A stretch of DNA of 64,000 nucleotides from NCBI GenBank assembly GCA_002104905.1, contig MCFE01000064.1:1-64000 (forward strand), in the 5' to 3' direction. This DNA comes from Basidiobolus meristosporus CBS 931.73 (taxonomy: Eukaryota; Fungi; Basidiobolomycota). Below the pieces are notes generated by a model. The model was not told the DNA's origin, searched no databases, and saw only the letters and a program-made list of their open reading frames with translations. The translations under genes were made by a program, and so were the position numbers. Within the stretch, counting starts at the first letter, position 1. Every line of letters starts with the position of its first letter. Shown in pieces: positions 1-11,800 of this stretch.

Positions 1-833
1 AGCATAGATAAAGCGTAACACAAATAAAGTGAACAGTCACATTTGGCTTGTTTCTTGACAAATAACTAATTGAAAACGCGTGTACTACAACCAGAAATTC
101 CAAGGCAGCCTCAACTATCCCAAGCACTATCCACTCAATATCCCCAACTCTTGGCAAACAACTAACCAATTTATTCTTGCCTGTACTGTCCTGTACAACC
201 CAGGACAGTCGTATTGTTCACCAATCAGCAACAGCCCTAGGTTCTCGTAATAACAGGTTAATTTGGTACGCCTGCCCCAAAGCTTGACTGTGGTGGTTGC
301 TCTCAAGTTGCGGCAGGGTCAGCTCAGCAATATATATAAGCATGTGTATAGCAAGAAAACAACACTACCAAAGGACAATACCTTCCAGGCAATGATAGGA
401 CTATTGTAAGAGATACTTGCCTTAAAGATGTAACAAAGATACCAAGCTCACAGGATAAAGTACCATCCAGGAAAGCTACACTGATACAAAGGGAGTACCA
501 AAACCCGCTGAAATTGACCGAAATCACCTTGGAGCTATCGACGGTAATGTTTAGGCTCATTAGTAAACAATTACCAAAGTCCTTACCAATATGGATAGCT
601 ATTGCAAAAACTGAGAATTGTGAATGATATTAAGGATATCATTGACCAGATCGCCCTCATTCTTTACACTTTGAAGTGCAGCCTATACTGTGTAGCCTTG
701 GTACGAAGAGGTAAAGTAGCAAAGGTTAAATCAATCTAGCTCGCATAAAGCTAGTGCTATGAACGAAGCCTAATTGAGTGGGATCGAGGTGATATAAATC
801 GGCAAAATTCGCATGAGACTCCACCAGCCAGTC

Positions 834-1358
834 ATGCAGCTTTCCTTCCTCTTGCTAGTTTCCGCCATCGCTTCGTTGCAAGCAATTTCCGCTACCCCAC
901 TCGGTGAATCCCAGGTGGGCTACACCAATGAGCCATGTGTTGGACAACAGGGTGCTTGTTATCAGGACACTTCGGCCCCCAGTCAAGAATACCGGCCATC
1001 AACTGAGGAGGGGGATGATTCGGAGATGAGTGAGCCAATACAGACAAGCGAGACTTCGGGTGAGCAGCCAGGATTCTCTGGGTTGCAAGGGTTCGATATT
1101 TCCAATCTTCAACCATCCCAAGCCTTGCTGGACAAAATCAATGGCCATTCCTCCAGTAAAGCCAATGCCTTGTCCAACTCAAACCAGTTCGACCAAGCGC
1201 AAGTCATTGATCAAACCCTGTACCAGCCCAAGCAGCAACAGTCACAAATTATCATCACTCAGCCAGCAGCGCGTGCGCTTAGAGGTGGGTACAAGAAGTA
1301 TAAGAGATCTGCTCGTCGCCACTTCAAAGTTAGATATTTCAGTGGAAACAGACATTAA
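834..1358 (+). CDS. Small secreted protein, unknown function (signal peptide, Q/S/E-rich, basic C-terminus)
   Basis: Intronless ORF. Hydrophobic N-terminus MQLSFLLLVSAIASLQAISA|TP. TATA-like gatataaat at ~791 makes ATG 834 more likely than ATG 813. Confidence 0.7.
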   Translation: MQLSFLLLVSAIASLQAISATPLGESQVGYTNEPCVGQQGACYQDTSAPSQEYRPSTEEGDDSEMSEPIQTSETSGEQPGFSGLQGFDISNLQPSQALLDKINGHSSSKANALSNSNQFDQAQVIDQTLYQPKQQQSQIIITQPAARALRGGYKKYKRSARRHFKVRYFSGNRH

Positions 1359-1532
1359 GTCTAGTAAAAGTAAACTTACGAAATAAAATGAGCAACATAT
1401 TACTCGGTATGCTGATGATGTACAAGTACTCAAGAATTTTCTGATATGCACACACAGAAACAGTGGCACTTATCGTTGTACACAATGTCATTGTTCGTAT
1501 TGATGAGAAGTATGGGCAGCGCTGATAAAGCC

Positions 1533-1553
1533 ATATATATATATATATATATA
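1533..1553. repeat. (AT)n microsatellite
   Basis: About 10 uninterrupted AT units. Confidence 0.95.
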
Positions 1554-1742
1554 CACAGAGGCTGTCATTCCAGTGCATGTATTTTATATGTTACAGGCTT
1601 CCTCAATAAAGTCAATAACAGAATGGAAAACATGCGCAATCTAACAAGACTCACTTTATGCCCTCGACTTAACCTTATTATATAGCCTCCCATGCTATAT
1701 AGTGGCCTATGCAACTAACTTATTTCTCAGCTATTCTTCAGC

Positions 1743-2231
1743 ATGCGCTCTACTACCATAACAGTGATTCTAGGCCTTGCCGCTCTTCAAGTTGCCGTTG
1801 CTGCCCCAATCGGCTGTTCTTCTCCATGCACTCGCGAGTATAGAAGGGTGCATTATCGCAGCTTACCATGTGCACAGTATGCGAGCGATTGCTACCAAAA
1901 CGCTCGAGTTTTGCCTGTCGTTAAGACGACGAATGTCCAATCCCCGTTATTGCGCCAGGTTTTCACCACCGTGACCAGAAAGCACGATAACCTGAACATT
2001 GCTAACGCCAACAGCAACAAAGGCTTCAATGTCAAGTATCAAGCAGGGCCCAGTCTCGAACTGGAGGGTGGAGCCAATGCATTAGAATATGCCAAGCAAA
2101 AGGGAGCGGAACACTTGGAAGATAGTTCTTTCTCTCCCTACGTCCTGATGCAGCCCACCCAAGATATACAATACACAACCCCTGTGGCAGAGATGCAATG
2201 CGTAGAAGATTGTGCAGGGCAAAACGTGTAA
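1743..2231 (+). CDS. Small secreted Cys-containing protein, unknown function
   Basis: 162 aa ORF with signal peptide MRSTTITVILGLAALQVAVA|AP; AATAAA at ~2304 downstream. Confidence 0.75.
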   Translation: MRSTTITVILGLAALQVAVAAPIGCSSPCTREYRRVHYRSLPCAQYASDCYQNARVLPVVKTTNVQSPLLRQVFTTVTRKHDNLNIANANSNKGFNVKYQAGPSLELEGGANALEYAKQKGAEHLEDSSFSPYVLMQPTQDIQYTTPVAEMQCVEDCAGQNV

Positions 2232-2621
2232 TACAACTAGTGCGGTGACAATGCTTCAAATGTAGGCAGCCATCACCACACTATTACTGAAAATCTTCAA
2301 TCAATAAAATTGAAATGACATTCCTATATTTGTTGTTACTTGTGATTATCATTAACTGTGTCTCCAGCGCTTTTTACTTGCACACACCTGTATCATGATC
2401 AGAGCTGCGGGTATTAATATTAGATATTCGCTTACGTACTAACATACTCAACCTCAGTCTTTAGTAATGCTGCCCTCCACCGAAGAGTTTGATATTGGAG
2501 AGAATATCTGGCAGGGTTACCGGATTGATTTTGGTAACACAAAGATTCGAGATTGACAGACTGCCCAGTGAATGTTAGCATTGTGATATTTCCTCTTATC
2601 ATTTTTGTGTAAGCTAAGAGT

Positions 2622-2626
2622 AAAAA
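2622..2626 (-). terminator. RNA polymerase III T-tract terminator of tRNA-Leu
   Basis: TTTTT on the minus strand 3 nt after the tRNA discriminator base. Confidence 0.8.
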
Positions 2627-2629
2627 GGT

Positions 2630-2711
2630 TGATGAGGGTGGGGTTCGAACCCACGCCTCCGAAGAGACTGCGACCTGAACGCAGCGCCTTAGACCACTCG
2701 GCCACCTCACC
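2630..2711 (-). tRNA. tRNA-Leu(CAG), intronless, long variable arm
   Basis: Minus strand reads GGTGAGGTGGCCGAGTGGTCTAAGGCGCTGCGTT-CAG-GTCGCAGTCTCTTCGGAGGCGTGGGTTCGAACCCCACCCTCATCA. Acceptor stem GGTGAGG/CCTCATC, anticodon stem CTGCG/CGCAG, A and B boxes present. Confidence 0.97.
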
Positions 2712-2723
2712 AGCTTGTACTGT

Positions 2724-3050
2724 TGTTACAGAGTAAAGAGTCACTCGATGCTAAGTGACATCAACGCATACAAAGACGACTTAGTAGCCAGGGAAAAACA
2801 AATCAAAGACAAATCACCAGACTCACAACAAGGTATAAATACCAAACAAGTAACTAAATAAAAAGGGAGTTTTGGTTATAGGCAGAAGAGCGTAGTAGGA
2901 ACGAATATTAGTTTGAATATATTTCTACGAAGTCACCACCCTAACCTTTTTAAGAGATATTCTTACACTACCCCGTCGAATCTACAAGATAACATATAGG
3001 TTATCCCTTTTCGTACTCTCTAAAGGACATTACTCTTTAAGTACGTAACA
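2724..3050. mobile_element. Solo LTR (family X, second insertion), 327 bp
   Basis: TGTTAC...GTAACA inverted ends; 4-bp TSD ctgt at 2720-2723 and 3051-3054. Confidence 0.88.
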
Positions 3051-3168
3051 CTGTTACAGAGTAAAGAGTCACTCGATGTTAAGTGACATCAACGCATACA
3101 AAGACGACTTAGTAGCCAGGGAAAAGCAAATCAAAGACAAATCACCAGACTCACAATAAGGTATAAAT

Positions 3169-3406
3169 TGTTATATTCTGGTTCGTCAAATATCCACAAG
3201 GGGCCTGTTAATTGCAAGTTACTTCTTTGTTCATTTATACTTTTGACATGTTTGATAGTCATATTATTTTATCCTAAAGCAGTGCGACTTTGTTATTCTC
3301 CCCGAGTCGTGGTAGTACTAAATTTGTGTAGTACTGGACCCTTATCTAGATGCTTATGGTGTTGTCTCAGATTATCCTTCATGTGATCCATGTTTATCTT
3401 TTAACA
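3169..3406. mobile_element. Solo LTR (family Y), 238 bp, nested in the family X LTR
   Basis: TGTTA...TAACA ends; TSD aaat at 3165-3168 and 3407-3410; absent from the sister LTR at the equivalent position (gtataaat|accaaac). Confidence 0.85.
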
Positions 3407-5125
3407 AAATACCAAACAAGCAATCAAATAAAAAAGTAGTTTTTGGGTTATAGGCAGAAAAGCGTAGTAGGAACGAATATTAGCTTGAATATATTTCTAC
3501 GAAGTCACCACCCTAACCTTTTAAAGAGATATTCTTACACTACCCCATCGAATCTACAAGATAACATACACGTTATCCCTTTTCGTACTCTCTAAAGGAC
3601 ATTACTCTTTAAGTACGTAACAGTACTTGGACCTTACGAAAAAGTTTCCAATCAAATGTTCTTGAAGTACAGCCATCACTCGAAGCAAGCATCGTAAAGT
3701 ATCTTTACCTATTGTTTTGTCGTTACCCATCAGTGTCTTTTCCTAATGAAGAAATGGCAATCAAATTTACGATAAATAAATACAAAATCCCGGGTTTGGC
3801 AGACTAAATTAAACTGAAATTCAATGGATGCCTCAAAGACGAAGTACTTAGATCTTTTCCTATGTAATGGTCAATAAATCAGTTGTAAACGGAGCAATAA
3901 AGATACTAGGATTAGCACTAGTATGCTCCAGAAAATCATGGTGAGTTCCACAAAATAATGGAAGAAATGAGTAAAAATAAGAACTATGGACATGTGTGAG
4001 CGGAATGCAGAATGCTGATGGAGCCCAAACAATCGTTAGAAGTGTGCCTGCAGGAACGCAACAGTAGCAGAGACTGATCAAAACGTTCATTACAATTAGT
4101 GTACTGACAATTGCGCCCAACAGATAAAGTTAAACTGAGAATATTGAGTAAGCAAAACAAATAAACATTCTTTGCACAGTCTCACAGACTATTAAAGTAT
4201 GGCTGGCACAGTATACTAGTCCAAAAAAATTGACATACGACGATACCTCACATCGACAGACACCAAAGGATTAGGGACACTCCACATTTGGTTGGTGGCA
4301 AGATGAACTAACAATAGAGAAGTTCAAATAGCATTGTGTATCAATTACCGCATTTGAAGATACTTTGGGATGTTTAATGTTTACTCAATCGAACTGTAAA
4401 ATATTGTATCGATATTGGGTGTTAAATTGTCGTTTAAGTCAATATACTATTGTGTTATGAGTGAGACGCAAAACGACTCAACCTACGATTTCTCAAGCAA
4501 GGGCTTGAAGCGTGCACACAGTAATCGCACTATTCTTACGTAGCTGGTTATTTCATAGTCAATGTTTGCAGTCCAGAGCAGTATATATAATACACTTGTT
4601 TTTGTCGCTTCCTATATTATGGGATGTGGCCACAAAATGAGGGAAAAATTTTCTCGATTTTCTTCCTATAAATAAATATGTTGTCTGGTATTATTACAAC
4701 TGTACTTTACAGGATTATGTATATTGTACATTCTCAGTACACTAAAGGATGGCTTGCACATTCTGACAGCTTGTTGGTACCCAAATATCACTCAAAAAAT
4801 CAAATCAAAATACCAATCTATATTTCTACAAATTCACTTCAAAAAGGAAAATGCTTAAAATTTTGATTGCAAAATGGCATACTGGTTTGATCACAATTGC
4901 AGTTTTTTGATCATTAAAATCAATTTTAATAACTGAATGTTTAAGTGGGCACACAACTTTGCATAAAAACTGGAAAAGAGTAAGTTGGTAGTCAAATTTT
5001 ATTGTAGTGGCTACTGGTGACCATCCACTTGGACTGCCAATACCCACTCTCCTTGGGGTACTTGTATTCTCCAGTTATTACAGAGTAGTTGTGCTTCTTA
5101 GGAACAAGATGAGAAATATGGTACC

Positions 5126-5801
5126 TGATTTGTGTCAACATTGAGAACTTAGCCAATTTTGCTATATTAAGAATTCTAATACCCTAACTGATTTTCCCTA
5201 ACCCAAATATAGCTAATCCTAGGTATAGCTTACTTTATCCCACCTCACAGTCTATTTATAGCTGTCACACCTGATCAACTTTAATGTGGCCATTACATTG
5301 TCAACTTATCTGCCAAGACTTCCCAGGTGATTAGTCATCTTGGATCCACTCAACCACTTGGCAGTTACCAAGACATAAACTGATTGATAATGCAATTTTC
5401 ATTTATGTTATGCATGCAACAACACCCAAATAGATCTCAATTAATCTGGTCTCTTGGCACTTATAAATTCAACTTGATTAGTAAAGTATAAATAATGTTT
5501 ACTGAATTTTTGGTTCAGTGTGTGTCTCAGCAAAATTCAGAATTTAACAATTCCATTCTAGTTTCTACCAAAGCTTAGCATCTCTAGCACTTCCAAGCAT
5601 ACCAAGCCTAGCTTGCATAGTAGACCAACTGCAATGCCTTTATAGCCAAGCACAGCTATATTTAAGACCAGTATTAGACCAGAATCACTCTGCTAATATT
5701 TTTGCCCCTCTCTGACAATTCTGAGATTCCACACTTAATTGTCCCTTTGGTTCAGTTAAACCATTGAAGTGTTTTATTACACTTTTCTCTTGGATACAAC
5801 A
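5126..5801 (+). mobile_element. Older diverged solo LTR of the same chromovirus family as 8879-14681
   Basis: Colinear with the 639-bp LTR throughout (e.g. cacttaattgtccctttggttcagttaaaccatt; ends tggatacaaca); 5-bp TSD gtacc at 5121-5125 and 5802-5806. Confidence 0.9.
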
Positions 5802-6799
5802 GTACCTTCCCAGAGTAGTCAGGTGTAGTGTGTTGTCAAATGTATTATAGATATTAGTCAAACTTTAACCTATACCCACAACAGTATGAGAACTCTTTAC
5901 AAATTGTTATAGATGGACAATTAGTTGACAATGATATATATTGATTCACAGCAGTGGCAATGAGTGCTGCATCTATCATACTACAAAGGAGTAATCACCC
6001 TATCTAGACAGTATATAGTAGGTGGATAAATTGAAAGTCCACCTATGTCTCATGTACAGTGCAAGCATACCTATATTTAGTATAACTGAGCCAGAAGAAA
6101 ATGGTTTTATTCTGTTATTATCAGTGGAAAGGCTAATTCTTATCCTGGAAGAAAGGTATAGTATACTGGCTGTAAAGACTAGGCTTTTCTAGCATCAGAC
6201 CCCTTCCACTACAAACAACTCAACCATTGCTAAGCAGTGATATTCACCAGCTAGCTGACTTCAGGAGAATTTAGCTAGCAAAGATATCACTTGATGAGTG
6301 TCGTTGGGTTTCATCATTTCAAGCTATATTGGCATAGTAAGTATAGAATGTGCATAACTCTGTTCAGTACTTTACTCTTGATGAAAAACTGGAGTGCTTA
6401 TTGCACCCCAATTTGTTGTATAAAAAGTTTTATGTTAGTCAAATTACTACATTTTAGTCATACCATCCCAGTTCAAGGTGTTTTTTTGTCTGTGGTAGCA
6501 ACTCACTGAGAGTGGTCATGTAGGGGTATGAGTAGTGCTGCATTGTATAGCAGAGCTACATTTGAATAGTGCTCACCACTGGAAAAATATCTTTCCAAAG
6601 CATCAATAGTCACACTATGGAAATTAATTTCTGATGATTCTTACATTTGCTCATCATAGCAAGCCACAGATAGAAGTGGCATTATTGTGAACAGATACTG
6701 CTCAAAGTCTATATGCAAAATATACAAATGCATAGGGCATAAATCAAACTGGCTAACTAGGACCTATAAAAAATCTAAACTAGGGTTTTTTACTTTCAC

Positions 6800-8873
6800 T
6801 TGATATAATTGAGCTGAAATCCTCCTGGCATTTAGATGGAGTTTAGCTGGTAAGTTTCATGGAATCTTCAAATGCTATCAACTCAGGGAACAGTGATTGG
6901 ACTGCTACCTAAGCTGTGATTAGGGCTAACTAGACTTTAGTTGTTCCATATTAAACATCTATAAATCCTAAAAGTAGCCTTGACTACAAATGTTGGTAGT
7001 TGTAGCTTTGAGGAGACCTGGATTTGATACAGTATTTTGCTTGCCTTCTGTAGGCCTTCATCAATTTTTTTGGATAGGGTAGCTAGTAGCTAGTAATTAT
7101 CTATCTGAAGTTCAAGCAAACCTGCATGCAGCACCACAGTACTTTGGTAAAGCAACATTTAGTGTTTACTAGAGGTATGGCATATACCCATCCTAAACAA
7201 AAGACAACAAGAGCTGGATATCAGTAAAATGACACTTCTAACAGCATACCTCTATCTCCTCAAACAGCAAAGTAGCTCCTCTAGAGTTCTGTTTATTGGC
7301 TGATGGAATTTGGTAGGGTTTGGCTTGCTAAAGATATGTCAAGGAGCAATAAGATAATGTACCACCATGGTCAATTACAATACATGGCTGTTGCACAAAG
7401 TGCATAGCCCAGCTCAGTTGCTGTGTCTGTTATAATAATTCCAGGTACTGGGTATACCTTTGTTTATAGTGTAAAGCTACTTTCTACATATTCCCCTGGC
7501 TTAAGGTGCTTGTTTGATGTGGAAACAGCCATCAAGGTGATTGAATTATGATGTACAGAACCATAGAAAAAATCTACCATAGAAAAATCTAAATATTATT
7601 CATAGCTGGAGGGATACTCTTGTCATGCAACAGTAGTGACAGTTTTGAAATGCTTGTTTTGTTGTTCCACATACTTGATGCCCTAACTAGGTCATTAATA
7701 CCTTGTGGTGCATCAATTTGCTGAAGAAAACATTTTCCTGTGAAGTGCTTGATGAAGGCCAGCAAGATGCCAGCTGAACACTGTATGAAATCCAAGTCTC
7801 CTTAAAGTTACAACTTTCAGTATCTGAAGTTACAGCTACTTAGAGAATATGTGGGTGTGCCATACCAAAGGACTTGTGTCATATTGCCCTTATACCAACT
7901 TGGGTAGCAACTAGACTTCTGTACCCCTTATTGAAAGCATTTGAAGATTCAATGAGATTCACTGGCTGAATCCCAGCTAGTTGCCAGCAGAATGCTAGCT
8001 GAATACCATCAAATAAAAGTAAAAAATCCAAGCTTGAAACTTTTCAAAAGGAGGTTCATTTGCAAAATTGACATTTGTGTTAACATTTATAACCTACTTT
8101 ATTTTAATAGCATAGTTATATCAATCCAAATAGTGCTGGGTGCCACTTGATAAAATAAGCCTGTATCTTTTTATTGCTGCAGGCCATTCTTGTTGTTTTA
8201 GTCACATAACACCCTCAGAGATCTGCAACAACTACTTACATGTAGCTACATATTTTTTCATTGCATGCAGCAACTCAACTTGTACTTGCAATTGAGACTA
8301 TTAGGTAAGCCAGTATTGCTTAAAATTCCTTCAATCCTGTAAATTTAAAGGTGTATCTTGAAGTTGGTAGGAAAGCACTAATGATTCTGAGAATATTGCG
8401 CATTACTTTGCCAACAGTGTGGAACATAGTAAAGAGATTTATGTGACTAAAAATGATTGTGTTAGGTCTCGGACATAATTTGGGTTGGTAATACAGAAAA
8501 CACAAGTTTGCACAATTGTTTGATAGGATTAGTACAGGGGTGCAAGCAAGATATACTCTACTAAAATGCATGTAATACCCTATGAAAAACTTCAAATTTG
8601 GATATTCTACCTTAGCTAGATGGTGTTTGGCTGGTATTCTACTAGCATTTAGCTGGAATTTGGCCAGTGAACTTCATTAAATTATTCATGTGCATTTAAC
8701 TCCGAGAACAACAATCTAGTTGCCACCAAAGTTGGTATGAGGGCTAACATGGCACAAGTCCCTCTGTATGCTACATCCACATATTGTCAAAGTAGCTGTA
8801 ACTTCAAATTCTGCAAGTTGTAACTTCAAGGAGACCTGGATCTCCTATGGTATTTGGCTGGCATCCTGTAGTG
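6800..8873. repeat. Three degenerate copies of a ~280-300 bp repeat in alternating orientation (~6800-7065 forward, ~7745-8040 reverse, ~8600-8873 forward)
   Basis: The reverse complement of 8600-8873 aligns along 7760-8040 (e.g. aggagacctggatc vs tccaagtctcctt); 6990-7050 matches 8815-8870 directly; boundaries approximate. Confidence 0.7.
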
Positions 8874-8878
8874 GATCC

Positions 8879-11800
8879 CGTTGTGCATCAACATTTAAAA
8901 CTTAGCCAATTTTACTCTGTTTGAAAATCTAGTACCCTAACTGATTTTCCCTAACCCAAACATAACAAATCCCAGTTACAGTTTATTTTATCCCACCTCA
9001 GAATCTATTTTTAGCTATCACACCTGATCTATTTTCAAATGGTCATTACGTTATCAACCTATCTGCCAAGCCTTCCCAGGTGATTAGTCATCTGAGATCT
9101 ATCCAACCACTGTGCAGTTGCCAAGACATCAGTTGATTGATGATTCCCTTGGCGCTGACTAATTCAACTTGATCAGAAAAGTATAAATAAAGTTTACTGA
9201 ACCTTTTGGTTTAGTGTGTGTCTCAGCAAAATTAGGATTCTGTCTCAGCAAAAATAAGAATCCAACAATTCCGTTCTAGTTTCTATCCAAGCCTAGTATA
9301 TCTAGCACTCCAAAGAACACCAAGCCTAGCCTGCCTAGCAAACAAATATCATTGCCTTTATAGCCAACCCAGCTATATCCAAGACCAATATTAGATCAGA
9401 ATCTTTCTGCTAATATATCCACCACTCTCTGACAATTCTAAGATTCTGCACTTAATTGTCCCTTTGGTTCAGTTAAACCATTCAAGAGTTTTATTACACT
9501 TTCTCTTGGATACAACATTTTTTTCGTTGAATTCCATTACATTCAGCCAATTAGAAGATGTCCTCAGCAGCAAGCAATCCAAACCTTTCCATGTTGGAAG
9601 AAGCCAGAAGAAATCAGGAAGAACTTACTGAACAGCTTGAAAACATCATGATTGAAAGAAATACCATGATGATTGAGCACTCAAAGCTTGCCAAAACAAG
9701 ATCTGATAATCACCGTAGAGATGAACTCCTTGAAGTTATATCCGGTTACCAAGATGAAATTGGAATAATTAAGGAAGCACTGGAGAATATTGCCATAGTA
9801 ATTGACAGCATTGAAAATCCACCAAGCCTTGCTCTGCATCAGCCACCAAGAAGTCATGCCTTTGAATCCTCCAGATCTACATCTCCTTCTAGACCTGCCC
9901 CGGTGGTTGTCCCAAGATCCTTGCCTGTTTATGCTGAAGGCACCAATGCCATCAAGAATCCAACTGAGTTTCTTTACAAGTTTAGTCACGTCTTAGCTGC
10001 ACACCAGCTAGACCCTGACACCAACTGGGCTAGACTTTTGCCTCTCTGTCTCACAATGCAAGATGCTGACTGGGTTGAAGTGAACATTCCTTCCAATAGT
10101 ACGTGGAAAATTGCCCAAAACCTCTTTTGCAGCCATTTTGAAGATCCTCTCAAGAAAGCACATCTGAACTGCGACTTATGGAAAACTAAAATGCAAAAAG
10201 GTGAATCTGTGCAACACTTCTGTGATAGATTCAAAAGACAAATGAGATTAGCTGGAGTTAGTGATGATAATCCATTGCTTACTGCTCATTTTCTTTCAAA
10301 CTTTTCACACCAGCTACAGAGCAATATTGCTATTGTCAAAGCATGCAACCCTGCACGTAGCTATGACCAGATCTCAGAGATATGTACACTGGCAATCACC
10401 TTGACTGCAGCTGTTAGCCAGACTTCAGGCAGCTCAACCCAATATCCCACAACAGCCGGAAAAGAGACCAGTCATGTGACCAAGAAGCAGTCAACCGCTA
10501 CTAAGCACTGTGAGCTTCATGGAAAATGCTATCATTCTACCAGTGAATGCAAAGGCATTACCAAGCAGTCAAACAAGTCAGGAAACACCGCAGAAAAGCA
10601 GCAAAACACCAAAACTGATAATCCATATGCAGATGACAAGTGCTTTAAATGTGGAAATAAGGGACATAGATCACCTGCCTGTCCTGAGAAGAACTCCACA
10701 CCATCAGCCAAAATTACCCAGATCCTTGATGATCATTCAGCCAATGATACAATGGGGTATGAAGAAGCATATGAAGAACTTACAGTTCAAGATTATCACA
10801 ACCTCTTTGAGTTTCCGGCTAAAATTGCAACTGTCCAAGAAAAGAAGCAACCAATCACACAGCTCAAAGCCATAGAAGTGCCACTCACCCTCAATGGCCA
10901 ATCATACGTAGCACTACTGGATACCGGATCATCCAACTCTATTGTATCACCCAATGTAGTCAGAGAACTCAATTTGGAGATAGAAAAACGACCAGGAAAA
11001 ATCATTCTTGCAGCTAAGGATCTCTCAGCCCCAAGAATTGGCATTACCAACCCAATCAACATACATTGTGGCTCAGTAACCATAATCCATCAGATGGAAG
11101 TGATTGACATACCAGATGGACCTCAGGTAGTCATTGGTCTGGACACCTTCACCAAACTTGGCTTTCACATAGGCGGACTACCAGTTTCCTATCCAGGAAT
11201 CACTAAATCTCAGCCGCTCATAATGGATCAAATCCCAGAGATTATCTCATCCCAACCGGAAGAAGAAGAGTTAACCCCAACTTTTCAAGAATATTCTCAA
11301 TCAGTCAAATTAGATATTCAGCCGGCCATAGAGAGAAATCAGGCCATTCCAAGGAACAGCTTCTGCACCATCCCAGAGTCCATTGTTACACTAGAGACCC
11401 CACCTGGTGAGTCAACATGGAGGAGGCAATACCCAATTCCGCATTCATGTCAACACTTAGTTGATGAGATAGTCCAAAAATGGGCTGACAATGGAATTAT
11501 CACTCAAGCCCCTGTCAACACAACATTCAACAGCCTTTTGACGCTTGCACCAAAGAAAGATGCTGATGGAAATCTAACCCTGAAGAGACCCTGTTTGGAC
11601 CCCAGACCTCTGAACAAGCTTCTCCAAGATGACAAGTTTCCAATTCCAAGAATCCAAGATATCTTTTCCGCACTATCAGGAGCAAAAGTATTCTCCAAGT
11701 TGGACTTGAAGGATGCATATCACCAATTCCAGATCCATCCTGATCATCAGCATAAGACTGCCTTTACTTGGAATAATATGCAATGGATGTTTCAGGGAGC

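Larger units (their letters stand above)
2721..3622. mobile_element. Solo LTR (family X, first insertion), interrupted by two later solo LTRs
   Basis: TGT|TAC...GTAACA ends; 4-bp target-site duplication (TSD) gtac at 2717-2720 and 3623-3626; body at 3052-3168 plus 3407-3622 closely matches 2724-3050. Confidence 0.85.

Noticed and set aside
1-790. Possible degenerate copia relic (taaca|ggtta at ~250 resembling an LTR end plus PBS; ttgagtggga at ~774 resembling a purine tract)
   Set aside because: No second LTR, TSD or recognisable coding remnant is visible, and the window edge truncates the context
4457-4471. 15-mer atgagtgagacgcaa, also found at 36820-36834
   Set aside because: A single isolated match with unrelated flanks; cannot be distinguished from chance
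5900-6110. Translation fragment SAASIILQRSNHPI*TVYSR faintly resembling gypsy RNase H
   Set aside because: Too degenerate (multiple stops) to call without a profile search
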